A stretch of 64,000 nt of DNA from an uncultured Gemmatimonadaceae bacterium (GTDB lineage Bacteria; Gemmatimonadota; Gemmatimonadetes; Gemmatimonadales; Gemmatimonadaceae). Shown one piece after another: positions 49,301 through 58,837 of this stretch. The stretch is taken from contig CAWAGQ010000004.1 in the NCBI GenBank assembly GCA_963781585.1, positions 64,001 to 128,000 on the forward strand. Reading direction: 5' to 3'. Each line of letters opens with the position of its first letter. The stretch's first letter is position 1. The notes under the pieces were generated by a model. That model worked only from the letters and a program-made list of their open reading frames with translations. It was not told where the DNA came from and did not search any database. The translations under genes were made by a program, and so were the position numbers.

Positions 49301-50293
49301 GCCCAACGTCGCACGGCGGCGGTGCTCCGTGATGTCGGAAGCGGGGTTGTGGCGACCGATCGGGACGGGATCATCACCATCGCCAATCCGCCCGCCGAAC
49401 GGATGCTGGGCCGCGCAATCGCTACTGGGGTGAGCCTCTCCACCGTGACGCCCGAGCTTGGCGAGCGCGCCGGCACCTTCCTGGCCGGCACCAGCGAGTC
49501 CGAGGTATTCGACCTGGAGCTGGGCGGACGGCAGCTTCGGGGCAGTCTGACACGGCTGGCCTGGGGAGGGGGTGGGGCGGTGCTCACGCTCGATGACGTC
49601 ACCGACCTCGCGCGCGCGCAGCGGGTTCTGGCATGGGGCGAGATGGCGCGGCAGGTGGCCCATGAGATCAAGAACCCCCTCACTCCGATGCGTCTCGGAG
49701 TGCAGCACCTGCGGAGGGCGCGTCACGACCGGCGCATCGACTTCGATCAGGTCCTCGAACAGAACGCGTCCCGGATCCTTGCCGAGATCGACCGACTGGA
49801 CGAGATCGCGCGGGCGTTCAGCCGATACGGGATGGCGGGTGCCGAGCACGACGCTCCGGAACGCGTGGACGTCGCTGAGGTGGCGCGGGACGTCGTGGAG
49901 CTCGAGCGGATGGGCGTGAGTGAGGTCCGCTGGCATATCGACGGCGCCGACGCTCCGGTCCCGGCCATGGCGCGCCGCGCGGAGTTGCGCGATGTCCTTC
50001 TGAATCTGCTGGAGAACGCGCGGCAGGCGCATGCGCGGAACATCACCGTGGGAGTGGAACGCCGCGATGGCCACGTCCAGATGGTGGTGGCTGACGACGG
50101 CGACGGCATTCCGCGGGAGAACCTGGCCCGCGTGTTCGAGCCGCATTTCTCCACGCGCACCAGCGGTAGCGGCCTTGGGCTCGCGATCAGCCGCGCGCTG
50201 GTCGCGTCCTGGGGCGGCGAGATGCAGGCCCGGAGCGGAGAGGGCCGGGGTACCGAAATGCGGATCACGCTGCGGGCGGCCGAGGATCCCTGA
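46310..50293 (+). CDS. Large membrane sensor histidine kinase (multi-TM, HAMP, PAS-like, HisKA, HATPase; NtrY-like transmitter)
   Basis: MARQVAHEIKNPLTPM H-box, NLLENARQA, DDGDGI, FEPHFSTR, GSGLGLAI; many hydrophobic segments. Confidence 0.9.
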   Translation: MPIGGAVSRWWLALVAGAALGMALWLRTISIPYLALSSLATALAIAGARLGRARGWAMAGTLLLALSAAVAGVYERTISEIDHDWERYSRGLAEAGVVALRTAVTHDVEALRVVSRKALDAPSDRTAAFSSLERLLAGQRWQNGGVVLLGDTARIAWAGETRVAAEGVADSLAILANPFYISVVVTAGGAARRTVATSVLHADPPGDRLTRSVDGPVVRSSGLRGFEYREGSRTDSGWTVLTVGGHDLISVRPVPLSQGEARVRAVERARLAGAAGLVLALLVLMAVAWWRPASLAQRLVALGVGLAATAIVPFNAYSNVSRIFDPAAYFTSLGGPLTGNVGALAATGALVLLGCLALVRAGVRSRSRWLAALIVAAVASLGPFLLRDLARGITLPPRGAPAILWLAWQIALFLAASAMLLIGASAGRLAMAGRRGLSPVLAPAIAIVAVGAAPLLWQPPGRWPGWYTVLWIVAMAALALARRSRGLVLNVGIAAACGAVTLAWGAVSQDRVELAQLDVSQLAAPDSSNVELLDRFGDALESSPPPLDRADLLLRYVRSPLEAAGHPIGMAVWLPGEEHPHAELLISDFEHHPESERALVARARAAGVRTWDLDRSTQGVQTLMAVPYPDSVVVTVIIAPRTLLIPEDPFTSLIGLAPVAATEPPYDLTLSTLPSPMPLSERPSWIRVDNELHGDWRVPQTAGTSRVHVEVDLRGLDVLLPRGALIVLLDLVILSGLWTLVALADGGFVRWAWYRARRWTRSYRGRLTVTLFAFFVIPAAAFASWSYRRLQLTDLDARILLVRESLRSITAGWEGEALDSLSDRFDTPLFEYRNGALSGQSDGLYALLAPVGRYLPPSVAINLGVESELTATARPPVARTPTLFGYRPVVTSAGERAVLAAPARTNELALDRERRDIGMLVLFATSLGGLAALWLSGLAARELERPVGALRRAALRIARGERYVRPGAPPALEFGPVFSAFERMDAELTAGREALEEAQRRTAAVLRDVGSGVVATDRDGIITIANPPAERMLGRAIATGVSLSTVTPELGERAGTFLAGTSESEVFDLELGGRQLRGSLTRLAWGGGGAVLTLDDVTDLARAQRVLAWGEMARQVAHEIKNPLTPMRLGVQHLRRARHDRRIDFDQVLEQNASRILAEIDRLDEIARAFSRYGMAGAEHDAPERVDVAEVARDVVELERMGVSEVRWHIDGADAPVPAMARRAELRDVLLNLLENARQAHARNITVGVERRDGHVQMVVADDGDGIPRENLARVFEPHFSTRTSGSGLGLAISRALVASWGGEMQARSGEGRGTEMRITLRAAEDP

Positions 50294-50410
50294 GCGCTTC
50301 GCGCCGCTCAGGTCGGGCCCCGCGACTGCCGGCGAACCGCGCTGGTCGCGAGGTGAACGTACCGGTCAGGTGCGCTGGATTCCGCACTCGACCGTATCCA
50401 CTTTTCCTGA

Positions 50411-52186
50411 ATGGCTGTCACCCCATTCGACGGCGTGCGTGCGGTTCGCCAGACGCCCGCCCCGCCCCGTCCGAACGCCGTCACCCACGAGCTTCCGCCG
50501 CATTTGACGGGGTGGCAGCTGCCTCCCGACTGGCGGTGGGGCAGCGAAGGCGTGCTCCACGAGTTCCGCCACTACCAGGAAGTCGTCGATGCGTTAGGCA
50601 GATCCTTGTCACTGGTGAGCGTGCCGGACCCGTCGCACACCGGGTGGCTGGCTGCCGAAGCACGGTATCTGGCGCACCGGAATCACCCATCGATTCCGAC
50701 CACCTACCACTACTGGCCGCCCCACCGCGAGAGCCGCCGCGGGCCGGGGTACCTGCGACGCTGGATTTCCGCGGAAACAATCGGCTCGCGGGTGCGGCGA
50801 CTGGGACCGGAGACCATTCCGGCCATGATTGCGGTACTCCGCGCCGTCGGTTCCACGCTGGCCTATCTGCACGACACTGGCATGCCGCACGGCGGCCTGT
50901 CGCCGGAATCCGTCTGGGCCGCGCCGACCGGGCGGGTCTGGATGCTGGGGTGGCAATGGGCGGTAGCGCCGTCCGACGCGCCGCCCGGCGTCGCGCCCGA
51001 TGCCCGCTGGACCCCATGGCCGCCTGAATGGCCGGCTTCCGGCTGGCTGCCAACGACTGCGTCCGACCAGTGGCAGCTGGCCGCCACCTGCTTCCTGGCG
51101 ATCACGGGCGAGCTGCCGCCCAGCAACGACGTGCCCCCAGTTGGACTGGTCAGGCCGGAGTGCCCGCGTGGACTTGCCGAGGTCCTCGATCGGGCGCTCC
51201 GCCCGGAGCCGTCCGATCGGCATCCGTCGATCCCGGCTCTCCTTCGTGCACTGGAGCGCGCCGGCGTGGCGCGCCGTCTCTACCTCGAACGCGAGTTGCC
51301 GGGCGAGGCCGACACCGACGAGAAGCGCCTCCGCTGGGCGGTGGGCGACGACTACGATGTGCTCGGCTTCCTTGGACGCGGCACGTTCGGAAGCGTCTGG
51401 CGGGTCCGCGATCTTTCGCTGGAGCGCGAGGTGGCGCTCAAGATGCTGCACCCGACCGTGGCTGAGGATCAGATTGCGGTGGCCCGATTCCATCGGGAGG
51501 CGCGATTGGCCGCGCAGCTCGCACATCCGGCGATCATCCCGATCTTCGATTGGGACAGTCGTGGTGAGGTTGCATGGTACACCATGGAGCTGGCTGAAGG
51601 GGGCTCGATCGCCGATCTGGTCGCGCGCGCGGGCGCCCGGCCGTTCGTCGACGTCCGCGCGCCGATCGATGCGATCCTCGACGCGCTCGCCGCCGCCCAT
51701 GCCAGCGGCATCATTCATCGCGACCTGAAGCCCGAGAACATCCTCATCGACCGCTATCGACGCTGGCGTATCACCGACTTCGGCATCGCCAAGCGCGAGG
51801 AAGATCCGAGTGGTGCCACCGGCACTCCCGCGTTTGCCGCGCCGGAGCAGCTCTTGGGTGAGGCCCAGGGTCCGGCCGTGGATTGCTTCGCGGTCGCCGG
51901 CATCGTGGCGTTCGTGTTGTCGGGAGCACCGCCGTTTTCCGGTCACGATGCGCCATCCATTCTCGCCCAGCAGCTTGCCGACGGCTTCGACCCGGCACCG
52001 TTTCCCGAGCCGCTGCGTCCCTGGCTGGCAAAGGGTCTTGCGGCCGACCTGGAAGAGCGTTTTGCCGACGCCACCGAGATGCGGGCCGCCTGGCGCGAGG
52101 TGGTGCGCGAGATGCGGCGTCGAGCGAAGCGGATGGACTCGTGGTGGGGACGGGTGCTGCGCGGCCCGAACGCGCAAGCGGATTGA
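50411..52186 (+). CDS. Hanks-type Ser/Thr kinase with an N-terminal degenerate kinase domain
   Basis: C-domain: LGRGTFGSV, VALK, HRDLKPEN, DFG, GTPAFAAPE. N-domain: EARYLAHRNHPSI, LAYLH...HGGLSPES, SDQWQLA. Confidence 0.88.
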   Translation: MAVTPFDGVRAVRQTPAPPRPNAVTHELPPHLTGWQLPPDWRWGSEGVLHEFRHYQEVVDALGRSLSLVSVPDPSHTGWLAAEARYLAHRNHPSIPTTYHYWPPHRESRRGPGYLRRWISAETIGSRVRRLGPETIPAMIAVLRAVGSTLAYLHDTGMPHGGLSPESVWAAPTGRVWMLGWQWAVAPSDAPPGVAPDARWTPWPPEWPASGWLPTTASDQWQLAATCFLAITGELPPSNDVPPVGLVRPECPRGLAEVLDRALRPEPSDRHPSIPALLRALERAGVARRLYLERELPGEADTDEKRLRWAVGDDYDVLGFLGRGTFGSVWRVRDLSLEREVALKMLHPTVAEDQIAVARFHREARLAAQLAHPAIIPIFDWDSRGEVAWYTMELAEGGSIADLVARAGARPFVDVRAPIDAILDALAAAHASGIIHRDLKPENILIDRYRRWRITDFGIAKREEDPSGATGTPAFAAPEQLLGEAQGPAVDCFAVAGIVAFVLSGAPPFSGHDAPSILAQQLADGFDPAPFPEPLRPWLAKGLAADLEERFADATEMRAAWREVVREMRRRAKRMDSWWGRVLRGPNAQAD

Positions 52187-52196
52187 GCCCCCGGAC

Positions 52197-53576
52197 TCAG
52201 TCCGGGAACCCGGCGATTCTGATCGTCTTCACGTTGACGAATTCGCGCAGACCCCATGGGCCCAGTTCGCGTCCGTACCCCGACGCCTTGATTCCGCCGA
52301 AGGGGAATCGCGGGTCCGACGCGACGATCCCGTTGACGAACACCGTGCCGCTGTCGATCTCGCGCGCAAAGCGCTCCGCCTCGTCGGCGCGCGACGTCCA
52401 CACGCTGGCACCGAGACCGAACGCAGAGTCATTGGCGCGCTCGATTGCCCCCGTCACGTCGCGCACCCGAAACAGGGACGCCACCGGACCGAACAGCTCC
52501 TGTTCGGCGGCCGGAGACCCCGGGGGCACGTCGCTCAGTACCGTGGGCGCGTAGTAGTTGCCCGGCCCTCCGAGGCGGTGCCCACCGAGCAGCAGCCGCG
52601 CGCCGCGGGACAGGCTCTCCTGCACTTGCGCGTCCAGCGCATCGACCTGGTGCGGCGAGACCAGCGGACCGACGTCAGTCGAGTCGAGCAACGGATCACC
52701 CACCCGCATCGCGCGCATGCGGTCCACGAACCGTTGCTCGAATTCGTCGGCGATATCGTCGACCACGATGAAGCGCTTGGCGGCGATGCAGGACTCCCCG
52801 TTGTTGATGATCCGTGCGGTCACCGCGGCGTCCGCAGCAGCGGCCACGTCGGCGCTGGCGGTGACGACGAACGGATCGCTGCCTCCCAGTTCGAGCACCG
52901 TCTTCTTGAGGTGGCGTCCGGCCGCGGCCGCCACCGCTCGACCCGCACTTTCGCTGCCGGTGAGGGTGACGGCATGCACCCTGACGTCGGCGATGAGCCC
53001 ATCGACACGCTCGGACCCGACCAGGAGCGTCTGGAAGACGCCCTCGGGTGCACCGGCGCGCCGGAACAGATCCTCGAGTGCCAGCGCGCACTGTGGCACG
53101 TTCGACGCGTGCTTCAACAGCCCCACGTTCCCGGCGGCCAGCGCCGGCGCGGCGAAGCGGATCACCTGCCAGAACGGAAAGTTCCACGGCATCACAGCCA
53201 GCACCGTGCCTAACGGCTGGAACCGCACCTCGCCCCGTCCGGTGTCGTCCTTCACCACCAGTTCGGGGGCGAGAAACCGCTCGGCGTGCTCGGCATAGTA
53301 CCGGCACGCGAGCGCACACTTTTCCGCCTCGGCGATCGCCGACCGGTGCGTCTTCCCCATCTCCAGGGTCATGAGCCGGCCCAGCGCACTCTTTTCGCGC
53401 TCGAGCAGCGCCGCCGTGTCAGCGAGCAGACGGGCCCGGTCGTCAATCGGCACGTCTCGCCAATAGCCCGCCGCATCGGCGGCCCGCGCCAGTCGCTGCT
53501 CCACTTCGCCTTCGGAGTGCGGGTCGAACGTGGCGAGCGTCTCCCCGGTGGCCGGATTGATCGATGCGATGGACAT
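52197..53576 (-). CDS. NAD(P)-dependent succinate-semialdehyde dehydrogenase (Sad/GabD1-like)
   Basis: MPWNFPFWQ, LTGSE, LELGGSDP, GESCIAAKR, ELFGPV. Confidence 0.9.
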   Translation of the reverse strand: MSIASINPATGETLATFDPHSEGEVEQRLARAADAAGYWRDVPIDDRARLLADTAALLEREKSALGRLMTLEMGKTHRSAIAEAEKCALACRYYAEHAERFLAPELVVKDDTGRGEVRFQPLGTVLAVMPWNFPFWQVIRFAAPALAAGNVGLLKHASNVPQCALALEDLFRRAGAPEGVFQTLLVGSERVDGLIADVRVHAVTLTGSESAGRAVAAAAGRHLKKTVLELGGSDPFVVTASADVAAAADAAVTARIINNGESCIAAKRFIVVDDIADEFEQRFVDRMRAMRVGDPLLDSTDVGPLVSPHQVDALDAQVQESLSRGARLLLGGHRLGGPGNYYAPTVLSDVPPGSPAAEQELFGPVASLFRVRDVTGAIERANDSAFGLGASVWTSRADEAERFAREIDSGTVFVNGIVASDPRFPFGGIKASGYGRELGPWGLREFVNVKTIRIAGFPD

Positions 53577-53627
53577 GGCTCGTTGGCTAGGCGCCTGACC
53601 GCCCCGCTCCAGCGTCTGACGAGCGCA

Positions 53628-54422
53628 TCAGCGATTCCCGTCCAGGATGCCGCCGATCACGCCGAGCACGCTCCCCTCTCCCCGCTGCTGCCCGCCGATG
53701 CGCGGTGCGGCCGCGATGATGCGATCGGCGAGTCGCGAGAAGGGAAGGGTCTGCAGGATCACGCGGCCCGGTCCGGTGAGCCGCGCGAAGAACAGTCCCT
53801 CGCCGCCGAACAGCGCGGTCTTGACCCCCGGAACCATCTGGATGTCGTAGTCCACGCTTGGCTGAAAGGCCACCAGACATCCGGTGTCGACGCGCAGGGT
53901 TTCTCCCGCCGCGAGTGTCATCTCGGTGAGCGTGCCCGAAGCATGGAGAAAGATCAGTCCGTCACCGCTGAGCTTCTGAAGAATAAAGCCTTCGCCCCCG
54001 AAGAATCCCGCGCCGATCCGCTTGGCGAATGCAATCGAGATGTCGAGTCCCCGCGCGCCGCACAGGAACGCGTCCTTCTGCGCCACCATCGTGCCGCCCC
54101 ATTGAGAGAGCTCGATGGGCTGGATCTTGCCGGGGAACGGCGAGGCGAAGGCCACGTCGCGCCGGACGCTCGTCTCATTGAGGAAGATTGTCACGAACAG
54201 CGAGTCGCCGGACAGGACGCGGCGCCCCGCGCTCATGAGCCGGTCAACCAGTGAACTGCGGCCGCGGCCCGTCTGGTCGAGCGTGGTGATCATCCGGATG
54301 CCATCCTGCATGTACATCATGGCGCCGGCTTCGGCCACGACAGCCTCCTCGGGGTCCAGCGTAACCACAACTCCCTGCAGGTCATCGCCAATGAGCTTGT
54401 AATCGATCTGATCCGACACCAT
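53628..54422 (-). CDS. AIM24/TIGR00266 family protein
   Basis: AEAGAMMYM, GFFGGEGFILQKL, VDTGCLVAF, GPGRVILQTLPFSRLA. Confidence 0.9.
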   Translation of the reverse strand: MVSDQIDYKLIGDDLQGVVVTLDPEEAVVAEAGAMMYMQDGIRMITTLDQTGRGRSSLVDRLMSAGRRVLSGDSLFVTIFLNETSVRRDVAFASPFPGKIQPIELSQWGGTMVAQKDAFLCGARGLDISIAFAKRIGAGFFGGEGFILQKLSGDGLIFLHASGTLTEMTLAAGETLRVDTGCLVAFQPSVDYDIQMVPGVKTALFGGEGLFFARLTGPGRVILQTLPFSRLADRIIAAAPRIGGQQRGEGSVLGVIGGILDGNR

Positions 54423-54636
54423 GATGCTGCTCCGAGTTGAGTGAACCGCGATGCGGTGGCGTGTCGGTCGTAATGAACCGACGCGATGGTCGTAGCGAAA
54501 GAGCGACCGGGAACCGCCGCGACGGGTCGGGAATTCAGGCAGATCGCTGGCTGGCAGGCGGAGCCGTGGAGGTGGACGATGGTGATCGGGCGGGCGCAGT
54601 GGGTGCCTTGGCGGGAGTTGCGCGGCGAGGGAGACG

Positions 54637-55386
54637 ATGCCACCCGGTGAGGAAGGGCAGACCGCCCGGGCGCCGCGTCACCACTGGATCGTGCGGGTCA
54701 CGCATTGGGTAAACGCGGTGGCGCTGACGATCATGATCGGGAGCGGGCTGCGCATCTTCAACGCGTATCCGGCGTTTGCCCCTCGTGGAGACACGTTCTG
54801 TTGCTATCCGTTCGCGGGGCGGCGAATCCCGGCTGGGCTCACTTTTGGCGGCTGGCTCGGCGGCGCGCGCAACTGGCACTTCGCACTGATGTGGATCCTC
54901 GCCGTCAACGGCTTCGTCTATCTGGGTTTCGTGTATCTGCACGGTGAGTGGCGCGATCTCGTGCCGCGTCGCGGCGATCTGCGCGACGCCTGGGAAATGG
55001 CGAAGTTCTACCTCTTTGTGCGGCCCGATCACCCCCACCAGGGGAAGCACAACGCACTGCAGAAGGGCGTGTACTTCGCACTGCCGTGGCTGGCCGTCGC
55101 GGCCGTGGTGACCGGGGTCGCCATCTGGAAGCCGGTACAGCTCCCATGGTTGACCGGTGCGTTAGGCGGATACGCGTGGGCGCGCTATTGGCACTTTCTC
55201 GTCATGGTTGCCCTGGTCGTGCTGTCGGTGGGCCATGTGTTCATGGTGTTCGCGGTCGATCCCTATTCGCTTCGGGCAATCACGACAGGCGGCTACGACG
55301 AGTCGAAATCGCCGGAAGCGCGCAATGCGCGCCCGCTCCTCTGGAGGCAGCCCCACCCCGAACGACGGCCGGAGCCCGGCCAATGA
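54637..55386 (+). CDS. Cytochrome b/b6-domain membrane protein
   Basis: RVTHWVN, SGLRIFNAYP, RNWHF, HNALQK, ARYWHF...GHV. Confidence 0.88.
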   Translation: MPPGEEGQTARAPRHHWIVRVTHWVNAVALTIMIGSGLRIFNAYPAFAPRGDTFCCYPFAGRRIPAGLTFGGWLGGARNWHFALMWILAVNGFVYLGFVYLHGEWRDLVPRRGDLRDAWEMAKFYLFVRPDHPHQGKHNALQKGVYFALPWLAVAAVVTGVAIWKPVQLPWLTGALGGYAWARYWHFLVMVALVVLSVGHVFMVFAVDPYSLRAITTGGYDESKSPEARNARPLLWRQPHPERRPEPGQ

Positions 55387-56219
55387 CCCGGTTACGCGCG
55401 GCACGGGCCCATGCACGCGGGACGCGCGCGAGTGCGCACGTCCGCATGGCCGTGACGCTTTCCGCTTCGCAGGATGCGATTGCTCCTGATGGCCTCCCGC
55501 GCGCGTCCGGGTTCAGCCGTCGCCGCTTCCTCGAGTCGATTGGCGCCGCCACGTCGGCCGCACTGCTGGCCGCGTGCAATTCCCGCGGGCCCGCTTCCGC
55601 ACAGGGTCTCCTGCGCTGGGCCGAACGACGGAACGAGTCGATCGAGCGCTGGCTCTTCCACGCGGGTTCCCGCGATCGCGCCGCCGCGGACGCACAGCTC
55701 GCCGGGAACGCCTTCCCCAAGTACTTCGTCTCGGACACCATGCCGCTCTGGGATCCGGCGGTGCGTGGCGCCTGGAGTCTCGAGATTGGCGGTGCGGTCA
55801 AGCGCCCGCTTCGGCTCACCCTCGAGGACCTCCAGAAGTTGCCGGGCCTTACCCAGCGGGTGAACCACTACTGTGTGGAAGGCTGGCTGGCACGCGCCGA
55901 GTGGACGGGTGTGCGGCTGAGCGAACTGGCACGAGCGGTAGGGCCGAGGCCAGACGCGCGGTATGTCGATTTTCAGTCCTTCGACAGCGGATATCACGAA
56001 TCGTGGGACATTGACAGTGCACTGCACCCGCAGACGCTCATCGCCTACGGCCTCGACGGACACCTGCTCGGCCCGGAGCATGGCGCGCCGGTGCGGGTCC
56101 ATTCGCCGGTGAAGCTCGGGTACAAGAACACCAAGTACCTGACAAGGGTGCTCTTCATGCCGGAACGAAACGGAGGGTACTGGAGCGACCAGGGTTATGA
56201 GTGGTACGGGGGAACGTAG
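55383..56219 (+). CDS. Molybdopterin-dependent oxidoreductase (sulfite oxidase/MsrP-like) with Tat signal
   Basis: SRRRFL, LAAC, HYCVEGW, ALHPQT, HGAPVR, KLGYKNTK, GGYWSDQGY; ATGA overlap with the cytochrome b stop. Confidence 0.88.
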   Translation: MTRLRAARAHARGTRASAHVRMAVTLSASQDAIAPDGLPRASGFSRRRFLESIGAATSAALLAACNSRGPASAQGLLRWAERRNESIERWLFHAGSRDRAAADAQLAGNAFPKYFVSDTMPLWDPAVRGAWSLEIGGAVKRPLRLTLEDLQKLPGLTQRVNHYCVEGWLARAEWTGVRLSELARAVGPRPDARYVDFQSFDSGYHESWDIDSALHPQTLIAYGLDGHLLGPEHGAPVRVHSPVKLGYKNTKYLTRVLFMPERNGGYWSDQGYEWYGGT

Positions 56220-56259
56220 GAGCAGCGCGAGCGCAGCCCGCCTCGCGCTGGCGAATCGC

Positions 56260-56868
56260 ATGGTGAGGGCCGCGCTCTGCGCGACCCTGGCCGCCGCGCA
56301 GGTGGCGGCGTGCGGCGGCGGCAGGACCGGCGCGACCGATACGGCGCGGCCCGGTGGTGGTACCTCATCTGCGGCGCCCGGCGTCGACTCGAGCGCGGCA
56401 CCGGGTGGCGGGGGTGCGACCGCGCCTGCCGTCCCTTCCAGGCCTGGCGCAGCTCAGCAGATCGCGACGCCGTCAACGGGGGCGGACACCACATGCCCGA
56501 TGTGGGGAAACTGGCGTGAGTGCAGCGTCGCATACCGGCTGACGCGCGCGGGCCTCGACGTGACGCGACGGGACGCTCCAGTCAGCCACCCGTTTCTTCG
56601 TGTTCCGGGAACGGTTTATGAGACGCGGAACGCGGAAATCGAGGTGTTTCTCTACACGTCGGCGGCCGATCGGGCGCGCGATACTGACGCGCTCGACTCG
56701 GTGACCGTGGCACCGCGCGGACAGCAGGTGGTGTGGCGGGACCCGCCCACACTGGTCACCTCGAACAACCTGGCGGCGATCATTCTTTCGCCGAACGATC
56801 GTCAGTCCGAACGAATCGCGCTGGCGTTGGGCGCCGGCATGCCGCTCGAGCCGCCGCGACGCGAGTGA
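56260..56868 (+). CDS. Hypothetical lipoprotein
   Basis: Lipobox VAA-C, Pro/Ala/Gly linker, globular C-terminal part; alternative start 56197. Confidence 0.6.
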   Translation: MVRAALCATLAAAQVAACGGGRTGATDTARPGGGTSSAAPGVDSSAAPGGGGATAPAVPSRPGAAQQIATPSTGADTTCPMWGNWRECSVAYRLTRAGLDVTRRDAPVSHPFLRVPGTVYETRNAEIEVFLYTSAADRARDTDALDSVTVAPRGQQVVWRDPPTLVTSNNLAAIILSPNDRQSERIALALGAGMPLEPPRRE

Positions 56869-56898
56869 ATCGCGCGAAACGGGAGTGGAAGAGGACAG

Positions 56899-57555
56899 AT
56901 GAGAATTGGGATACTCGGGACCGGCACGGTCGGTCAGACGCTCGGCACCAGGCTCGTGCAGGAGGGTCACGACGTGCGGCTCGGCGCGCGCGCGGCCACC
57001 AACGAGAAGGCCGAGAAGTGGGCGCAGGCGGCGGGGGAACACGCATCGCACGGCACCTTTGCCGACGCGGCGTCGTTTGGCGCGGTACTGTTCAACTGCA
57101 CGGCCGGCTCGGCAGCCCTCGCGGCGGTCGGCGCCGCGGGCGCGGGGAACATGGCGGGCAAGATCCTGATCGACGTGTCGAATCCGCTCGACTTTTCGCG
57201 CGGCATGCCCCCGACCCTGACCGTCTGCAACACCGATTCGGTCGGCGAGCAGATCCAGCGGTCGCTGCCCGCGGTGAAGGTCGTGAAGGCGCTCAACACC
57301 GTGAACGCGTCGGTGATGGTCGACCCGGGGGCGCTGCCGGGGACGCATGATCTCTTCATCTGCGGGAACGACGCCGAGGCGAAAGCGGCGGTGACGGGCT
57401 ACCTCCGGACGTGGTTTGGTTGGCACACCATCATCGACATCGGCGACATCAGTGGAGCACGCGGGATGGAGATGTACCTGCCCCTTTGGCTCCGTCTGAT
57501 GAAGACGTTCGGCGACGCGCGCTTCAACGTCCACGTGGTGCGCACGGCGCGGTAA
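56899..57555 (+). CDS. NADPH-dependent F420 reductase family (dinucleotide-binding) protein
   Basis: IGILGTGTVG, IDVSNPL, VVKALNT, ICGND, DIGDI. Confidence 0.88.
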   Translation: MRIGILGTGTVGQTLGTRLVQEGHDVRLGARAATNEKAEKWAQAAGEHASHGTFADAASFGAVLFNCTAGSAALAAVGAAGAGNMAGKILIDVSNPLDFSRGMPPTLTVCNTDSVGEQIQRSLPAVKVVKALNTVNASVMVDPGALPGTHDLFICGNDAEAKAAVTGYLRTWFGWHTIIDIGDISGARGMEMYLPLWLRLMKTFGDARFNVHVVRTAR

Positions 57556-57577
57556 TCAGCCGTGGTGCGACGCCGAT

Positions 57578-58837
57578 TCAGGAACGATCCCGTCGATTCG
57601 CCGTGAGGGCGCCCGGTCCGATCGCAGCCCGCCCGTAGCGTGCACGCACGGTGTCGACCGTCCGCGCGAGCAAGCGATCCCGATCGGTGTCGCTTTCCTC
57701 AGGTGCGGGCGCGAGCAGCGAATACTGGGAGTCTCCGGCCGACGTCTGCAGCGACGTGAGCGCAACCCCGAGCAGGCGTGCAGGGACGCGCCGCGCCTCC
57801 CGGAGCCGACGGAGCAGCGCCAGCGCCGTGTCGTGAATCACGCGGTCGCCCACCACCGCCGCCGCGAGCGTCCGGCTTGCGCGGCGCGTGCGAAAGTCGG
57901 CGTCGCGCAGCTTGACGCTGATCGTCCGGACCGCCAAGTGGTGCGCCCGCAGATCGCCGGCGGCCTGTGTGCTGAGTCCGAGCAGCAGGTGCTCCAGGGT
58001 CTGATCGTCGGCAATGTCGCGGTCGAAGGTCTCCTCCCGACTGAGACTGCGCGAGCGATCGCGGGCGGTGACCGTGTCGTCTGCCGCCCCCTGGAGCCGC
58101 GGCCAGAGCCAGTCCGCGTCGCGCGCCCCGATCGCGCGCTCCAGCGCCGGCCGGCCAAGTGCGAGCGCCTCGCCGACCGAGCGAAGACCGGCGGCCTCCA
58201 GCCTCGTGCGGAATCGCGGGCCCACACCGGGGATGTCGGCCAGCCGGATCCGCTGCATGAACGCCGCTTCCGCCCCGGGTTCGACGACGTACACCCCGGT
58301 GGCGCGTTCGCCAGAGTGTGGCTTGGCGAATTCCACGGCCAGTTTCGCCAGCAGCCTGTTGGTTCCACCGCCTAACGATACGGACAGACCCGTTTCCGTC
58401 CGCACGGCGTCGCGAATGCGGTGGGCGGTGTCGGCCAGTGGTTCATGGCGATACAGAGCCTCGGTACCGGTGAGGTCGAGGTACCACTCGTCGATGCTCG
58501 CCGACTCCACCACCGGCGTGAAGCGCCCCAGCACCGCCGCGATCGTCCGGCTGAGGCGGGAGCAAGCGCCACGCGGCACCGGAACGCACAGCGCGTCCGG
58601 ACAGAGACGCAGCGCCCGCGAGATGGGCATCGCCGACCGCACGCCGAAGGCGCGCGCCTCGTACGACGCGGAACACACCACGCCGCGGCTTCCGGGTCGC
58701 CCCCCGACAATCAGCAGGCGCGCTCGCCCGGCGCCCTCCGGATCCTCCCTCCGTGCCACCGCCACGAAGAAGGCGTCTGCGTCCGCGAGCAGGATGCGAC
58801 GCACCGGGCTCCCCGCGACCACCTCCCTTTCCCTCAC
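57578..58837 (-). CDS. dinB: DNA polymerase IV (Y family)
   Basis: DADAFF, SYEARAFGVRSAMP, SIDE, LAKLA, IPGVG; start is GTG 58837 (overlapping the upstream stop), 58822 or 58804. Confidence 0.92.
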   Translation of the reverse strand: MREREVVAGSPVRRILLADADAFFVAVARREDPEGAGRARLLIVGGRPGSRGVVCSASYEARAFGVRSAMPISRALRLCPDALCVPVPRGACSRLSRTIAAVLGRFTPVVESASIDEWYLDLTGTEALYRHEPLADTAHRIRDAVRTETGLSVSLGGGTNRLLAKLAVEFAKPHSGERATGVYVVEPGAEAAFMQRIRLADIPGVGPRFRTRLEAAGLRSVGEALALGRPALERAIGARDADWLWPRLQGAADDTVTARDRSRSLSREETFDRDIADDQTLEHLLLGLSTQAAGDLRAHHLAVRTISVKLRDADFRTRRASRTLAAAVVGDRVIHDTALALLRRLREARRVPARLLGVALTSLQTSAGDSQYSLLAPAPEESDTDRDRLLARTVDTVRARYGRAAIGPGALTANRRDRS

